This document shows positions 23,276 through 31,764 of a stretch of 32,000 nt of DNA, in pieces. The position numbers and the translations under genes were made by a program. Source of the stretch: Candidatus Electronema halotolerans (GTDB lineage Bacteria > Desulfobacterota > Desulfobulbia > Desulfobulbales > Desulfobulbaceae); contig OW818675.1 in the NCBI GenBank assembly GCA_942493095.1, positions 1,530,001-1,562,000 on the forward strand, read 5' to 3'. A model generated the notes under the pieces. It was not told where the DNA came from. It saw nothing but the letters and a program-made list of their open reading frames with translations, and searched no databases. Positions within the stretch are counted from its first letter, which is position 1. Every line of letters starts with the position of its first letter.

Positions 23276-23419
23276 CACGGTCTTCCCGCATTCACACCCC
23301 GCAGATACATCACGGGGCTATTATCGGCTGTCCCTCAGAGACAAAGAAAGCTGTTCCGTGGAAGAATCCGGCACAGGATGGCAAGGGCGGGATGGGAGTG
23401 TCAAGCCCAGCACCAAGTC

Positions 23420-24295
23420 TCAGGCTGCGCCGAGAAAACCGCTGGTCTGCTGGATGAGCTGCTGCAGCTCGTCAACTTTGGCCGCCGCCTCAGCGCAGGT
23501 GCTGTCTGTGGCCACGGCCCGACGGTACATGACCAAGGCGCGGGTGTACCACTGGCCGCTCATGTAGCTGCGGCCCGCAGCGCAGAAGCCCTGCGCGGCC
23601 TGGCCGGAGAACATGTCGCTGAAGACCGAGGTCAGCTCCTCGCTCCACAGATATTCCACCATGTCCTCGTGCTCGACTAAAAAGCGGACTAAGAGGCTGT
23701 TGCCTGCCAAGGCCGGGAGCAGGGTGCGGAGCATGTTGCTGGTCTGACCAAAAAGCAGGGCCAGATGCTCCATCTGCCGCATGACATCCACTGCCACCCG
23801 CCGGATCAGCCCTTTCCGGTCAATGATCCGGGTCAGGCGGGAAATTGGGGCCGAGCCGTCGCTCCAGAAGACGGCGGCAGCATAGCTGTTGAGGATATGC
23901 ACATCCTCCTTGAGCTTGACCGCCTCATGAAAAATGGAGCTGATCAGCCATTCTATGAGCGAATCGCCAATCTGCTGGCCCCGGCAATCTTCCGGCCAGA
24001 TATGCTGGCAGAGGTCTTTGAGGAGCCAGAGCGGGCCTTTCTCCACTTCCGTGCCGACCATGACCGCCAGCTGATCCCAGATGCTGCATTTCTCATGGCC
24101 TGCGCCGTCCGCAAGCAGACAGCAGGACTCGCCGCGCTTGGAGGTGCGGCAGAGGCAATAGGAGCCGTACAGCTCCTGAAACGAGCGCATCAGAACGAAG
24201 AAATCCGCAAAGACTTGGCGGATGAAGAAATCGCCCTGCCGCTGGAACCAGTTGAGCCGCTGGCGGCGGAAGCTGGGCTGGGACGGGGAGAGCAT
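23420..24295 (-). CDS. Hypothetical 291-aa protein downstream of glgA
   Basis: This long ORF starts 9 nt after the glgA stop. It has a Cys-rich segment, CLCRTSKRGESCCLLADGAGHEKC. No family was recognised. Confidence 0.55.
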   Translation of the reverse strand: MLSPSQPSFRRQRLNWFQRQGDFFIRQVFADFFVLMRSFQELYGSYCLCRTSKRGESCCLLADGAGHEKCSIWDQLAVMVGTEVEKGPLWLLKDLCQHIWPEDCRGQQIGDSLIEWLISSIFHEAVKLKEDVHILNSYAAAVFWSDGSAPISRLTRIIDRKGLIRRVAVDVMRQMEHLALLFGQTSNMLRTLLPALAGNSLLVRFLVEHEDMVEYLWSEELTSVFSDMFSGQAAQGFCAAGRSYMSGQWYTRALVMYRRAVATDSTCAEAAAKVDELQQLIQQTSGFLGAA

Positions 24296-24304
24296 TGCCT
24301 CCTG

Positions 24305-25927
24305 TCAGGGCAGGGACTGTCGGTAGAGGGCAAGGTAGTTCTGCATGACCTGCTCCCAAGTATGGCGGCTGCGGATGCGCTCCACTGCGGCCCGCTGCAT
24401 GTCCGTGATCCGGCTGCGCTCCTCCCGGTATATATGCAGGGCCTGCTGCATGGCTGCGGCAAGAGCTTCCGGCTGGTGCTCCTGATAGGTGAAGCCGGTT
24501 TCGCCGTCAATAATCTTGACCAAGCCGCCGACCCGGTGCGCCACCGGCAGATTGCCGAAGAGCTGGGCAATGTAGTCGGTCAGGCCGCAAGGTTCGTAGA
24601 GCGAAGGAATGAGAAAGAAATCGCCAGCCGCGTAAATTTTGGTCGCCAAGGCCGGATCATAGCCTTGCAGGAAGCAGAGCCGTCCGTTGCTGTTGTCAGA
24701 AGCGGCCATGTCTTGGAGATGCTCTTCCAAGTATTTCTCGCCGCTGCCGAGCAGCAGGATTTGAAAACCGGTCTCGCCTGTGGCGGCGAGCAGAATCAGG
24801 GCCTTGAGCAGCACATCCACGCCTTTCTGGGCCGTGAGCCTGCCAATGAAGGTGAACAGGGGCAGGTGCGGCTCTGCATGCAGACTGCCGTGCTGGACCA
24901 CCCGCTGCCAGTGCTGGTCTGCGCCGCAGGCGGCCAGCATCCGTTCCTTGCACTGCCATTTGCCGTGCAGATCACCCGCTGCCGGATCAAAGGCCGCGTC
25001 AATGCCGACTTGGTCCGCATGACGCGGATCAAAGCCTTCCGGGCTGATGCCGTTGGTGATTCCGGCCAGAGGGACTCCCCGACGGAGGAGATGATGACCG
25101 AGCCAGCCGGTGCGGCTGTCCTCATCCGTCTCCTGCAGCTCACGGGCGTAATTCTCGCTGACCGTGTTCATGGCCGCGTAGCCTGCGGCGACGGCAAAGG
25201 GATCAAAGCTGTTGTTGAACAGGCCGGAGCGAATCACCGAAAAGGGCAGGCCAGTGACAGCTTCGGCAAATTCGATGTCTTCCACCTCCTGATGATAGCC
25301 CTGCCCGGCGTTGTGAACCGTGACCACGGCCCCGGTGCGGCAGAACCAGTGCCGCCAGCCCTCATTCTCCCGCAGCATGGCAGGCAGGACTGCGGCATGG
25401 CCGTCGTGGCAGTGGATGATGTCAGGCCGGAAATCGAGCAGGAGCAGCATGTCCAAGGCCGCCTTTTGGAGGAGGATGTTCATGGCAAAGTAGTCATAAT
25501 GCCCGGCTCCGGCCTGCTGCCAGCTTTTCTCCGCCTCCTCCCCGGCTGTGTAGGCATAGACTCCGTGCTTTTCAGCAAAGCGGGCCGATTCCAAGAGATA
25601 GACAGTCACGCCGTGGATGTTTTTTGTCCAGAGCGAGACCTGTTCCCGCCGCTCCCGGTTGGCATAGTTCATGGCCACATCAAAGCTCAGGGCAGGCTTG
25701 CCCTCTGCGCCTCGACAGGGCAGCGTGACCGGGGCAAAGCCCAGCTCCTCGGCATCGATAAAGCCATAACGCGGCAGAACTACCCGCACATCGCAAGCAC
25801 CGTGCCGAGCTAATGCCTCGGCCAACTGGCGGCAGACATCCTTGACCCCGCCTGCGCCGGCCAGCCCGTCGTATTCGCGGCTGACCATCAGGACACGCTC
25901 TATCTTTCGTTGTTCTGGCTGGTTCAC
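24305..25927 (-). CDS. glgA: Glycogen/starch synthase (GT5 family)
   Basis: RVLMVSREYDGLAGAGGVKDV..LA..L...G..VRVVLPRYG, HCHDGHAA, FIGRLTAQKGVD and SLYEPCGLTDYIAQLFGNLPVAHRVGGL are typical GlgA motifs. At 540 aa it is longer than typical GlgA. Confidence 0.8.
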   Translation of the reverse strand: MNQPEQRKIERVLMVSREYDGLAGAGGVKDVCRQLAEALARHGACDVRVVLPRYGFIDAEELGFAPVTLPCRGAEGKPALSFDVAMNYANRERREQVSLWTKNIHGVTVYLLESARFAEKHGVYAYTAGEEAEKSWQQAGAGHYDYFAMNILLQKAALDMLLLLDFRPDIIHCHDGHAAVLPAMLRENEGWRHWFCRTGAVVTVHNAGQGYHQEVEDIEFAEAVTGLPFSVIRSGLFNNSFDPFAVAAGYAAMNTVSENYARELQETDEDSRTGWLGHHLLRRGVPLAGITNGISPEGFDPRHADQVGIDAAFDPAAGDLHGKWQCKERMLAACGADQHWQRVVQHGSLHAEPHLPLFTFIGRLTAQKGVDVLLKALILLAATGETGFQILLLGSGEKYLEEHLQDMAASDNSNGRLCFLQGYDPALATKIYAAGDFFLIPSLYEPCGLTDYIAQLFGNLPVAHRVGGLVKIIDGETGFTYQEHQPEALAAAMQQALHIYREERSRITDMQRAAVERIRSRHTWEQVMQNYLALYRQSLP

Positions 25928-25951
25928 TTGTTTCCTCTCAGGGGGATGACA

Positions 25952-26290
25952 TCAAGCAGAGATGATTTCATTCAGCCCTTCAACAACTGAATTCACTTCC
26001 GCCTCAGATGCTCTGCCAATCTTTTTGCCGAGTCTTTTGACAGAGAGTATGCGCACTTGACTGATCTTAATCCACGATTTTTTCGGCAGCTTCACGCTGT
26101 TCAGCTCCAATGTCAAAGGAAAACCAGCTCTCTGCGGCTGACTCGTGATTGCCGCTGCGATGACTGTGCCAGAATGCTTGTTGAAGACCTCGCGGCTCAA
26201 AACAAGAACTGGTCTCAATCCTGCCTGCTCATGTCCAATCGTTGGATTCAAGTCTGCCCAGTAAATTTCACCTCTTAATATTCCGGCCAT
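25952..26290 (-). CDS. mazF: MazF/PemK-family endoribonuclease toxin
   Basis: MAGILRGEIYWADLNPTIGHEQAGLRPVLVLSREVFNKHSGTVIAAAITS is the canonical MazF/PemK N-terminal half. Confidence 0.85.
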   Translation of the reverse strand: MAGILRGEIYWADLNPTIGHEQAGLRPVLVLSREVFNKHSGTVIAAAITSQPQRAGFPLTLELNSVKLPKKSWIKISQVRILSVKRLGKKIGRASEAEVNSVVEGLNEIISA

Positions 26291-26517
26291 TCCTCAAGCT
26301 CCGAGGCCATGCCTTCATCAGCGAAAGACTGCTCAACATCAGCACTCAGCTTTGCGCATTCCTTTGCCAGCCGACCTCCTTCAATCTTGCACAGCTTTTC
26401 TTGAATTGCTTCACGAATGGCTGTGCTGCGGTTGGGAAAAATGCGCGATTTCACAAGAATGTCAAGACGGCTGAGAAGGCTTTCTTCGAGCGTGATTGCA
26501 ATTTTTGCCGTTGCCAT
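26275..26517 (-). CDS. Ribbon-helix-helix (CopG-type) antitoxin paired with MazF
   Basis: MATAKIAITLEESLLSRLDILVKSRIFPNRSTAIREAIQEKL is an RHH fold pattern. The gene overlaps mazF by 16 nt. Confidence 0.8.
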   Translation of the reverse strand: MATAKIAITLEESLLSRLDILVKSRIFPNRSTAIREAIQEKLCKIEGGRLAKECAKLSADVEQSFADEGMASELEEWPEY

Positions 26518-26532
26518 ATCTGTTCCTGTCCC

Positions 26533-27615
26533 TTAAAGCAATTGCAGACCGCTCACTGCCTGCTGCCGCAAAAGCTGATCTGCCAAGCAGAGCCGCACCA
26601 TTGCCTCGCAGACCGGTATAATGCGCGGAATGGCGGAAATGTCGTGGCGGCCTCCAACCTTGATCGTCACCGCCTCATTGCTGCGGTTGACTGTCTGCTG
26701 CTCCTTGCGGATCGAAGGAATCGGCTTGACCGCCACCCGCATGATCAATTCTTGGCCGCTGCTGACTCCGGCGAGAATGCCGCCCGCATTGTTGCTGAGA
26801 AAGCCGTTCGGGGCAAGCGGGTCGTTGTTCTCCGAGCCAAGCATGGCCGCAGCTTGGAAGCCTGCGCCAATCTCCACGCCCTTGACCGCGCCAATGGACA
26901 TCAGGGCATGGGCCAGCTCTGCGTCCAACTTGTCAAACACCGGCTCGCCCAGCCCGGCAGGACAAGTGGCCCGAATTTCGACAATGCCGCCAAGGGTGTC
27001 GCCCTGCTCGCGCACCTCGTCAATCCGGCCCTCCATCCGTGCTGCCGCCTCGCGATCCGGGCAGAAAAGGCTGTTCTCGCCGATCACGGCCAGATCACGT
27101 TTTTCTGCGGCAATCCCGCCCAGAGCGACTGTGTAAGCGCAGACCGTTACATTGTACTTGGTGAGCAGCTGTTTGGCAACTGCGCCCGCAGCCACCCGCG
27201 CTGCCGTCTCCCGCGCCGAGGCCCTGCCGCCGCCCCGATGGTCGCGGATGCCGTACTTAGCCTGATAGCTGAAATCGCCGTGCCCAGGCCGGTAGATGTC
27301 CAAGAGATTGCTGTAGGATTTGGAGTGCGCGTCCTTGTTGAAAATGACCAAGGAAATCGGGGTGCCCGTGGTTTGCGGGCAGGCCGCGCCCTCCGGCTGA
27401 AAGATGCCGGACATGATCTCGACCTTGTCCGGCTCCTGCCGGGGCGAAGTCGCGCCGCCCTTGCCGGGCCTCCTGCGCTCCAGCTCCTGCTGGATCATTT
27501 CCGGGGTCAGGTCAAGGCCGGGTGGACAGCCGTCAATGACCGCGCCAAGGGCAGTGCCGTGCGACTCGCCCCAAGTTGTCACCCTGAACAGGGTGCCGAA
27601 GGTGTTTCCTGCCAT
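26533..27615 (-). CDS. aroC: Chorismate synthase
   Basis: [32 protein letters not shown]...RRPG....TSPR.E.D.V.I.SG. The 360-aa length is as expected for the full protein. Confidence 0.95.
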   Translation of the reverse strand: MAGNTFGTLFRVTTWGESHGTALGAVIDGCPPGLDLTPEMIQQELERRRPGKGGATSPRQEPDKVEIMSGIFQPEGAACPQTTGTPISLVIFNKDAHSKSYSNLLDIYRPGHGDFSYQAKYGIRDHRGGGRASARETAARVAAGAVAKQLLTKYNVTVCAYTVALGGIAAEKRDLAVIGENSLFCPDREAAARMEGRIDEVREQGDTLGGIVEIRATCPAGLGEPVFDKLDAELAHALMSIGAVKGVEIGAGFQAAAMLGSENNDPLAPNGFLSNNAGGILAGVSSGQELIMRVAVKPIPSIRKEQQTVNRSNEAVTIKVGGRHDISAIPRIIPVCEAMVRLCLADQLLRQQAVSGLQLL

Positions 27616-27950
27616 AATCTTATTGGGCTGATTGCTTTAATTCGGAAATAAATGCTACTGCGGCTCTTGTCACATAATATTTCTTTGTTCCATTTTTTTT
27701 CAGCTTCAGCAGGTTACTTGAAACTAACGTGTCCAAAGACAGCCGTCAATGACCGCGCCAAGGGCAGTGCCGTGCGACTCGCCCCAAGTTGTCACCCTGA
27801 ACAGGGTGCCGAAGGTGTTTCCTGCCATAATCTTATTGGGCTGATTGCTTTAATTCGGAAATAAATGCTACTGCGGCTCTTGTCACATAATATTTCTTTG
27901 TTCCATTTTTTTTCAGCTTCAGCAGGTTACTTGAAACTAACGTGTCCAAA
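27525..27950. repeat. Perfect tandem duplication, 2 x 213 bp (27525-27737 and 27738-27950)
   Basis: By eye the two copies are base-for-base identical. Each contains the first 91 nt of aroC, a 4-nt spacer, and the last 118 nt of the upstream AT-rich ORF. Confidence 0.9.
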
Positions 27951-28414
27951 TCATCCACTATAAAACGAGGTTCGGTATAGCTTATCTTTATATTGGCTCT
28001 ATCCATATAGTAAATTGGATTTGGAGATATTTCCTCAGACTCAAAAAAAAATTCTGCTTCAGACTGGACGAGCTGGGTAAGAATAGAAACTGCTTGATCG
28101 GAAAGAACAGATTCTCTGTGAATAGCTTGTGCGATGCCTGAAAACGCATCTAATTTTCCTGAAACAGACGAGATAAGCAAATCAAGCCGTTGAAGACGAT
28201 CAACCAGCTCTTCATGTTTGACGTTTAGGAGTGCGCCAAGATTTAGCTCCAATGCCTCATTGCCGCGTATTGATGCCGCTACACCCTCATGATGTTTTTC
28301 TTCGAGCCAGCGCATAAACTCATTCAAACCAGTTTCTGAACGTTCTGACTTGAAGTTGCACAATAATCCTACGATTGTTGAAAATGCAAATGCACCTGTT
28401 ATTGGATCGACCAT
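27833..28414 (-). CDS. Hypothetical 193-aa protein, AT-rich orphan
   Basis: AGGTGAG lies 6 nt upstream of ATG 28414. G+C is 19/60 in 27961-28020 against 50/60 in 27181-27240 (aroC), both by hand count. No family was recognised. Confidence 0.6.
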   Translation of the reverse strand: MVDPITGAFAFSTIVGLLCNFKSERSETGLNEFMRWLEEKHHEGVAASIRGNEALELNLGALLNVKHEELVDRLQRLDLLISSVSGKLDAFSGIAQAIHRESVLSDQAVSILTQLVQSEAEFFFESEEISPNPIYYMDRANIKISYTEPRFIVDDLDTLVSSNLLKLKKNGTKKYYVTRAAVAFISELKQSAQ

Positions 28415-28457
28415 TTTATACTCACCTATTTTCTTGTGTCATCCTTTTACGGGAGTC

Positions 28458-28546
28458 CTAAGCCTCTTCCCTCACAATCCTGCTGATGGCAGTATAATCC
28501 GTCTTTCCGCTGCCGAAAAGCGGAATCGCCTCCATCCGCTGCACGG
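28458..28546 (-). pseudogene. 3'-terminal remnant of an adenylate-forming (AMP-binding) enzyme gene
   Basis: The minus strand reads (TAG)-FTITVQRMEAIPLFGSGKTDYTAISRIVREEA-TAG. The ...P.(F/T)GSGK(T/I)D...L tail is the conserved C-terminal motif of acyl-CoA/acyl-AMP ligases. An in-frame stop lies immediately upstream, and no gene body is present. Confidence 0.5.
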
Positions 28547-28656
28547 TGATGGTGAACTATGAGTGACAAGTTGAGTCATCGCCAAAAATGTATTGAGATT
28601 ATTGTAAAATGCAATTAAAGTGATCACTTACCTGAATTCCGCTGTACTGTGTTCTG

Positions 28657-29805
28657 TCAGCAGGACTGCTTGGCGAGCAGAATTTCCGCCGCCCGCAGCA
28701 CATCTTCGGGCAGCACTGCCTGCATACATTCCTGCGCAATTGTTCTGGAGCAGGTGCTTTCGTCGCAGGTGAAACGGCAGGAAAAATCTTTTTCCACAGC
28801 CACGCCGCAAGGGCTGAACGGATGGGTTTCTGCTGATTTGGACGGCCCGAAAATCGCCACGGTCGGCACCTGCAAGGCAGCAGCTATGTGCATCGGCGCG
28901 CTGTCATTGCATACGAAGAGGCTGGCCTGCTCCAGCAGCACCGCCATCTGCCGCAGACTGGTTTTTCCTGCCAAGTTCACCGGCTTGCGCCGCATCCTGC
29001 TGCTGATCTGCGCTGCCAAATCCTGATCAGCCTTGCTGCCGCCAAAGAGGAGCAGGGGCAGATCATATTTTTCCATAAGTTGATCATACAGGACAGCGCA
29101 ATATTTTACAGGCCAAATTTTCAGGGGCAGGCGGGAGCCGGGATGCGCGCAGAGATACGGCGGCTGCACACCCAGCCCGGCAAGGAGCTGTCTGGCCTGC
29201 TCCTGCTCTGCTGCCGAAAAGCGCAGCCCCCATTCCAGCGGCTCTTCCGGGCAGCCGAGAAAGCGGCAGATGTCAAGATGATACTCCACCTTGTGGCGCA
29301 GCTCTGTGTACAGCACCTCGTGAGTCAGCAGATAAGCCCCGCCGCCGATGCCGTAGCTGACCTTATATCTGCTCCTGAGCGGGGCGGCTATGAGCAAAAT
29401 TTCCCGGATGTCGCCTCTGGCCTCAATCAGCAGATCAAAGTGCCGCTGCCGCAGTTTTTTTATAAAACGCAGATAAGCAATGAAACTTGCAGAATAAAAC
29501 CAGAACGGAGCAAAGGGAATGACCTCGTCCACCAAAGGATGCTGCTCCAGCAGCGGGGCCGCGCCCGGCGCAGTGAGAACGCTGATTCTGCTCTGCGGAA
29601 AGCGCGCCTTGAGCGGCTTGAGCATGGGCAGTGTCATGACGACATCGCCAATGTAGGCAGTGCGGATCAGGAGAATGTCTTGTATGCTCTCCGGCTGAAT
29701 CGGGCCGGGTTTGCGGAAGATATTCCACGGCAGGAAAAGCACTTTGCCGATGCTGTCGAGCAGCAGCGTGGCCAGCAGCTTCTTGCGATTGACGATTTTA
29801 TACAC
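28657..29805 (-). CDS. Glycosyltransferase family 9 (heptosyltransferase-like)
   Basis: ILLIRTAYIGDVVMTLPMLKPLKARFPQSRISVLT...PLL...P.VDEVI and the C-terminal ...LFVCNDSAPMHIAAALQVPTVAIFGPS are typical GT9 motifs. Confidence 0.85.
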   Translation of the reverse strand: MYKIVNRKKLLATLLLDSIGKVLFLPWNIFRKPGPIQPESIQDILLIRTAYIGDVVMTLPMLKPLKARFPQSRISVLTAPGAAPLLEQHPLVDEVIPFAPFWFYSASFIAYLRFIKKLRQRHFDLLIEARGDIREILLIAAPLRSRYKVSYGIGGGAYLLTHEVLYTELRHKVEYHLDICRFLGCPEEPLEWGLRFSAAEQEQARQLLAGLGVQPPYLCAHPGSRLPLKIWPVKYCAVLYDQLMEKYDLPLLLFGGSKADQDLAAQISSRMRRKPVNLAGKTSLRQMAVLLEQASLFVCNDSAPMHIAAALQVPTVAIFGPSKSAETHPFSPCGVAVEKDFSCRFTCDESTCSRTIAQECMQAVLPEDVLRAAEILLAKQSC

Positions 29806-29812
29806 AGCCGCC

Positions 29813-30589
29813 TTACTGGACCAGCACTTCGCCGGAGCTGCCTTTCAAGGCCTCTTTGAAAACAGGCCAGTACATCACGCCGCGCTCAATGCTGAGGAGC
29901 GGATTGAGGATGGTGTCCAAGCTGCGCATGAAGGCTTCAACATCAGAAATTTTGCTCGGCGGCAGATAAAGAATGTCGCTGGCCTGCACCTGCATGGCCA
30001 CAGCAGCGACATGTTTTTCGTTCAGATTTTTAAATTCAAGCGGAATGCTGATGATCTGAAGTTTGTTCTCCTTCTTCCGCAGAAGAATAATGTAATCTCC
30101 GGCACTCTGGGTCGGGCCGCCTGCTGCTGCTGCCGCCTCGATAACCGCAGTTTTCGCTTTCAGGACAAACTTGCCTGGACTGTTGACATCACCCAAGACA
30201 TAATAACATTGTCCGGCCAAATCCTGCGGCATGACTGTCACCCTTGGATTTTTATAATACAAAGCCAGCTTCTTGGTCAGCGCGGCTTGTAGTTCATCCA
30301 CCGTCAAGCCTGCCGCCTGCACAGAACCGATGAGCGGATAATGAATGGCTCCGACAGGATCAACTGTCACCTGTCTGGTCAGAGTGTCCTGCCCCCAGAC
30401 TTCGATGTTCAGGGAATCTCCGGCAGCCAGCCGCAGCTCCTTTGGGCCGTCTTGGTCCACAGCCTGCTCCGCCTTTTTGTCAACAGCAGCCGGATAGTCC
30501 TTGACTGAAAATTCCACCTCCTTTTCACTGCATCCGCCAGTCAGGAGGGCAAAACAGCAGCAGAGGAGCAGGGCAAGCGCCTTGATCAT
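29813..30589 (-). CDS. Polysaccharide export protein (Wza-like Poly_export + SLBB), probable lipoprotein
   Basis: The signal and lipobox-like sequence is MIKALALLLCCCFALLTGGC. LAAGDSLNIEVWGQDTLTRQVTVDPVGAIHYPLIGSVQAAGLTVDELQAALTKKL...PRVTV is the Poly_export pattern. Confidence 0.8.
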   Translation of the reverse strand: MIKALALLLCCCFALLTGGCSEKEVEFSVKDYPAAVDKKAEQAVDQDGPKELRLAAGDSLNIEVWGQDTLTRQVTVDPVGAIHYPLIGSVQAAGLTVDELQAALTKKLALYYKNPRVTVMPQDLAGQCYYVLGDVNSPGKFVLKAKTAVIEAAAAAGGPTQSAGDYIILLRKKENKLQIISIPLEFKNLNEKHVAAVAMQVQASDILYLPPSKISDVEAFMRSLDTILNPLLSIERGVMYWPVFKEALKGSSGEVLVQ

Positions 30590-31764
30590 GATTTGTCGTC
30601 CACCTTGATGATGATTTTGCCGTCCTTCCGGGTGGAGGAACGCTGGATGGCGTGGATGGTTTCGGCAAAGGGCAGGCGGGCGGTGATCATTGCTTCAATG
30701 GGCAGCCGCCCGGCGGCCAGCAGGCGGATGATGTTCGGGAAGATGCCGCAGCCTGCATGGCCTCGTGCGCCGACAATCCGGTTTGCGCCTGTGACCAAGG
30801 TGTCCAAGGTGATCGGCACTGCCCGGCCTGCCCTGCCCAGATAGACAATCACTCCGTTGACCGCCAGCGAGGCTTCCATTTCCGGGATGGTCTGCCACGC
30901 CGCGCCTGCCGCCTCCACCTGCACATCCGCGCCTCTGCCCGCAGTCTGCTCCAAGACGATGTCTCTGGGACGGATGCCCGCCGCTGCCACCTCGTTAAAA
31001 TCATATACTTGAGATGCGCCCATTTTGGCGGCAATGGCCAGACGTTCCGGGATAAAGTCAAAGGCCAGCACCTGACTGGCTCCGCTGGCCATTGCCAAGG
31101 CCACAGCCCCCAAGCCTATCGGTCCTGCGCCATAGACCGCGACTGCCGCGCCAGGCAGAAAACCGCCCGCGCTGATGAACAGGCCATTGTAGGCGCAGCC
31201 GACCGGCTCAATCAAGGCACCAATATCAAACAGCAGCTCGTCGCTGTAGTGCCGGGCAAGGCTGTCAATCTTCCAAACCTGCCGACTGCTGACCACGGCA
31301 TAGTCAGCCAAGGCTCCATCCACGGTGATGCCTGCCAATTCCGCCTGACAGCACTGGTTGGGCGCGCCGCTCCGGCAGGGGGTGCAGGTCCCGCACCAGA
31401 CAATGCTTTCCGCTGCCACTATATCGCCGGGCGTGACATTGCTGACACTGCTGCCGACTTGCTCGACAAGGCCGGAATATTCGTGGCCAATGATGCAGGG
31501 CAGCTTGGCCGGGCCGGAAAAGATGATATAGCCGTCCGCATCGGTTTCATAGAGATGGGTGTCAGACCCGCAGATGCCGCAGCGTTTGACCCGAATCAGC
31601 ACCTCGTGGGCCGCAAGGTCGGGAACAGGCCGCACCTCCTGAAAAAAGCGGGAATTCTTCCAAACCTGAGAGCCGGACACTGCCCGCTTCCTGCGTTCTT
31701 CCTCTAAGCTGAGGGGATAGTCCGGGCGCGGCGACCAGTCCGCATCGACAATAAATGCCTTCAT
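30586..31764 (-). CDS. Zinc-dependent medium-chain alcohol dehydrogenase family protein
   Basis: VLIRVKRCGICGSDTHLY...IGHEYSGLVEQVG...CGTCTPCRSG..NQC and the GxGxxG-like AVYGAGPIGLG. I placed the start at ATG 31764 (MKAFIVD), which forms an ATGA overlap with the upstream stop. The track start at 31779 is also possible. Confidence 0.8.
   Translation of the reverse strand: MKAFIVDADWSPRPDYPLSLEEERRKRAVSGSQVWKNSRFFQEVRPVPDLAAHEVLIRVKRCGICGSDTHLYETDADGYIIFSGPAKLPCIIGHEYSGLVEQVGSSVSNVTPGDIVAAESIVWCGTCTPCRSGAPNQCCQAELAGITVDGALADYAVVSSRQVWKIDSLARHYSDELLFDIGALIEPVGCAYNGLFISAGGFLPGAAVAVYGAGPIGLGAVALAMASGASQVLAFDFIPERLAIAAKMGASQVYDFNEVAAAGIRPRDIVLEQTAGRGADVQVEAAGAAWQTIPEMEASLAVNGVIVYLGRAGRAVPITLDTLVTGANRIVGARGHAGCGIFPNIIRLLAAGRLPIEAMITARLPFAETIHAIQRSSTRKDGKIIIKVDDKS

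Noticed and set aside
23765-25813. 682-aa + strand ORF
   Set aside because: It lies opposite glgA and the downstream 291-aa gene. The minus frames carry clear GT5 motifs, whereas the + product has none. This is a typical high-GC shadow ORF.
26242-27651. 469-aa + strand ORF, and the 70-aa ORF at 27652..27864
   Set aside because: They are antisense to mazE and aroC. The second ORF merely repeats the tail of the first because of the 213-bp duplication.
28888-31707. + strand ORFs at 28888..29859, 29711..30292 and 30652..31707
   Set aside because: They are antisense to the GT9, exporter and dehydrogenase genes, and carry no motifs of their own.
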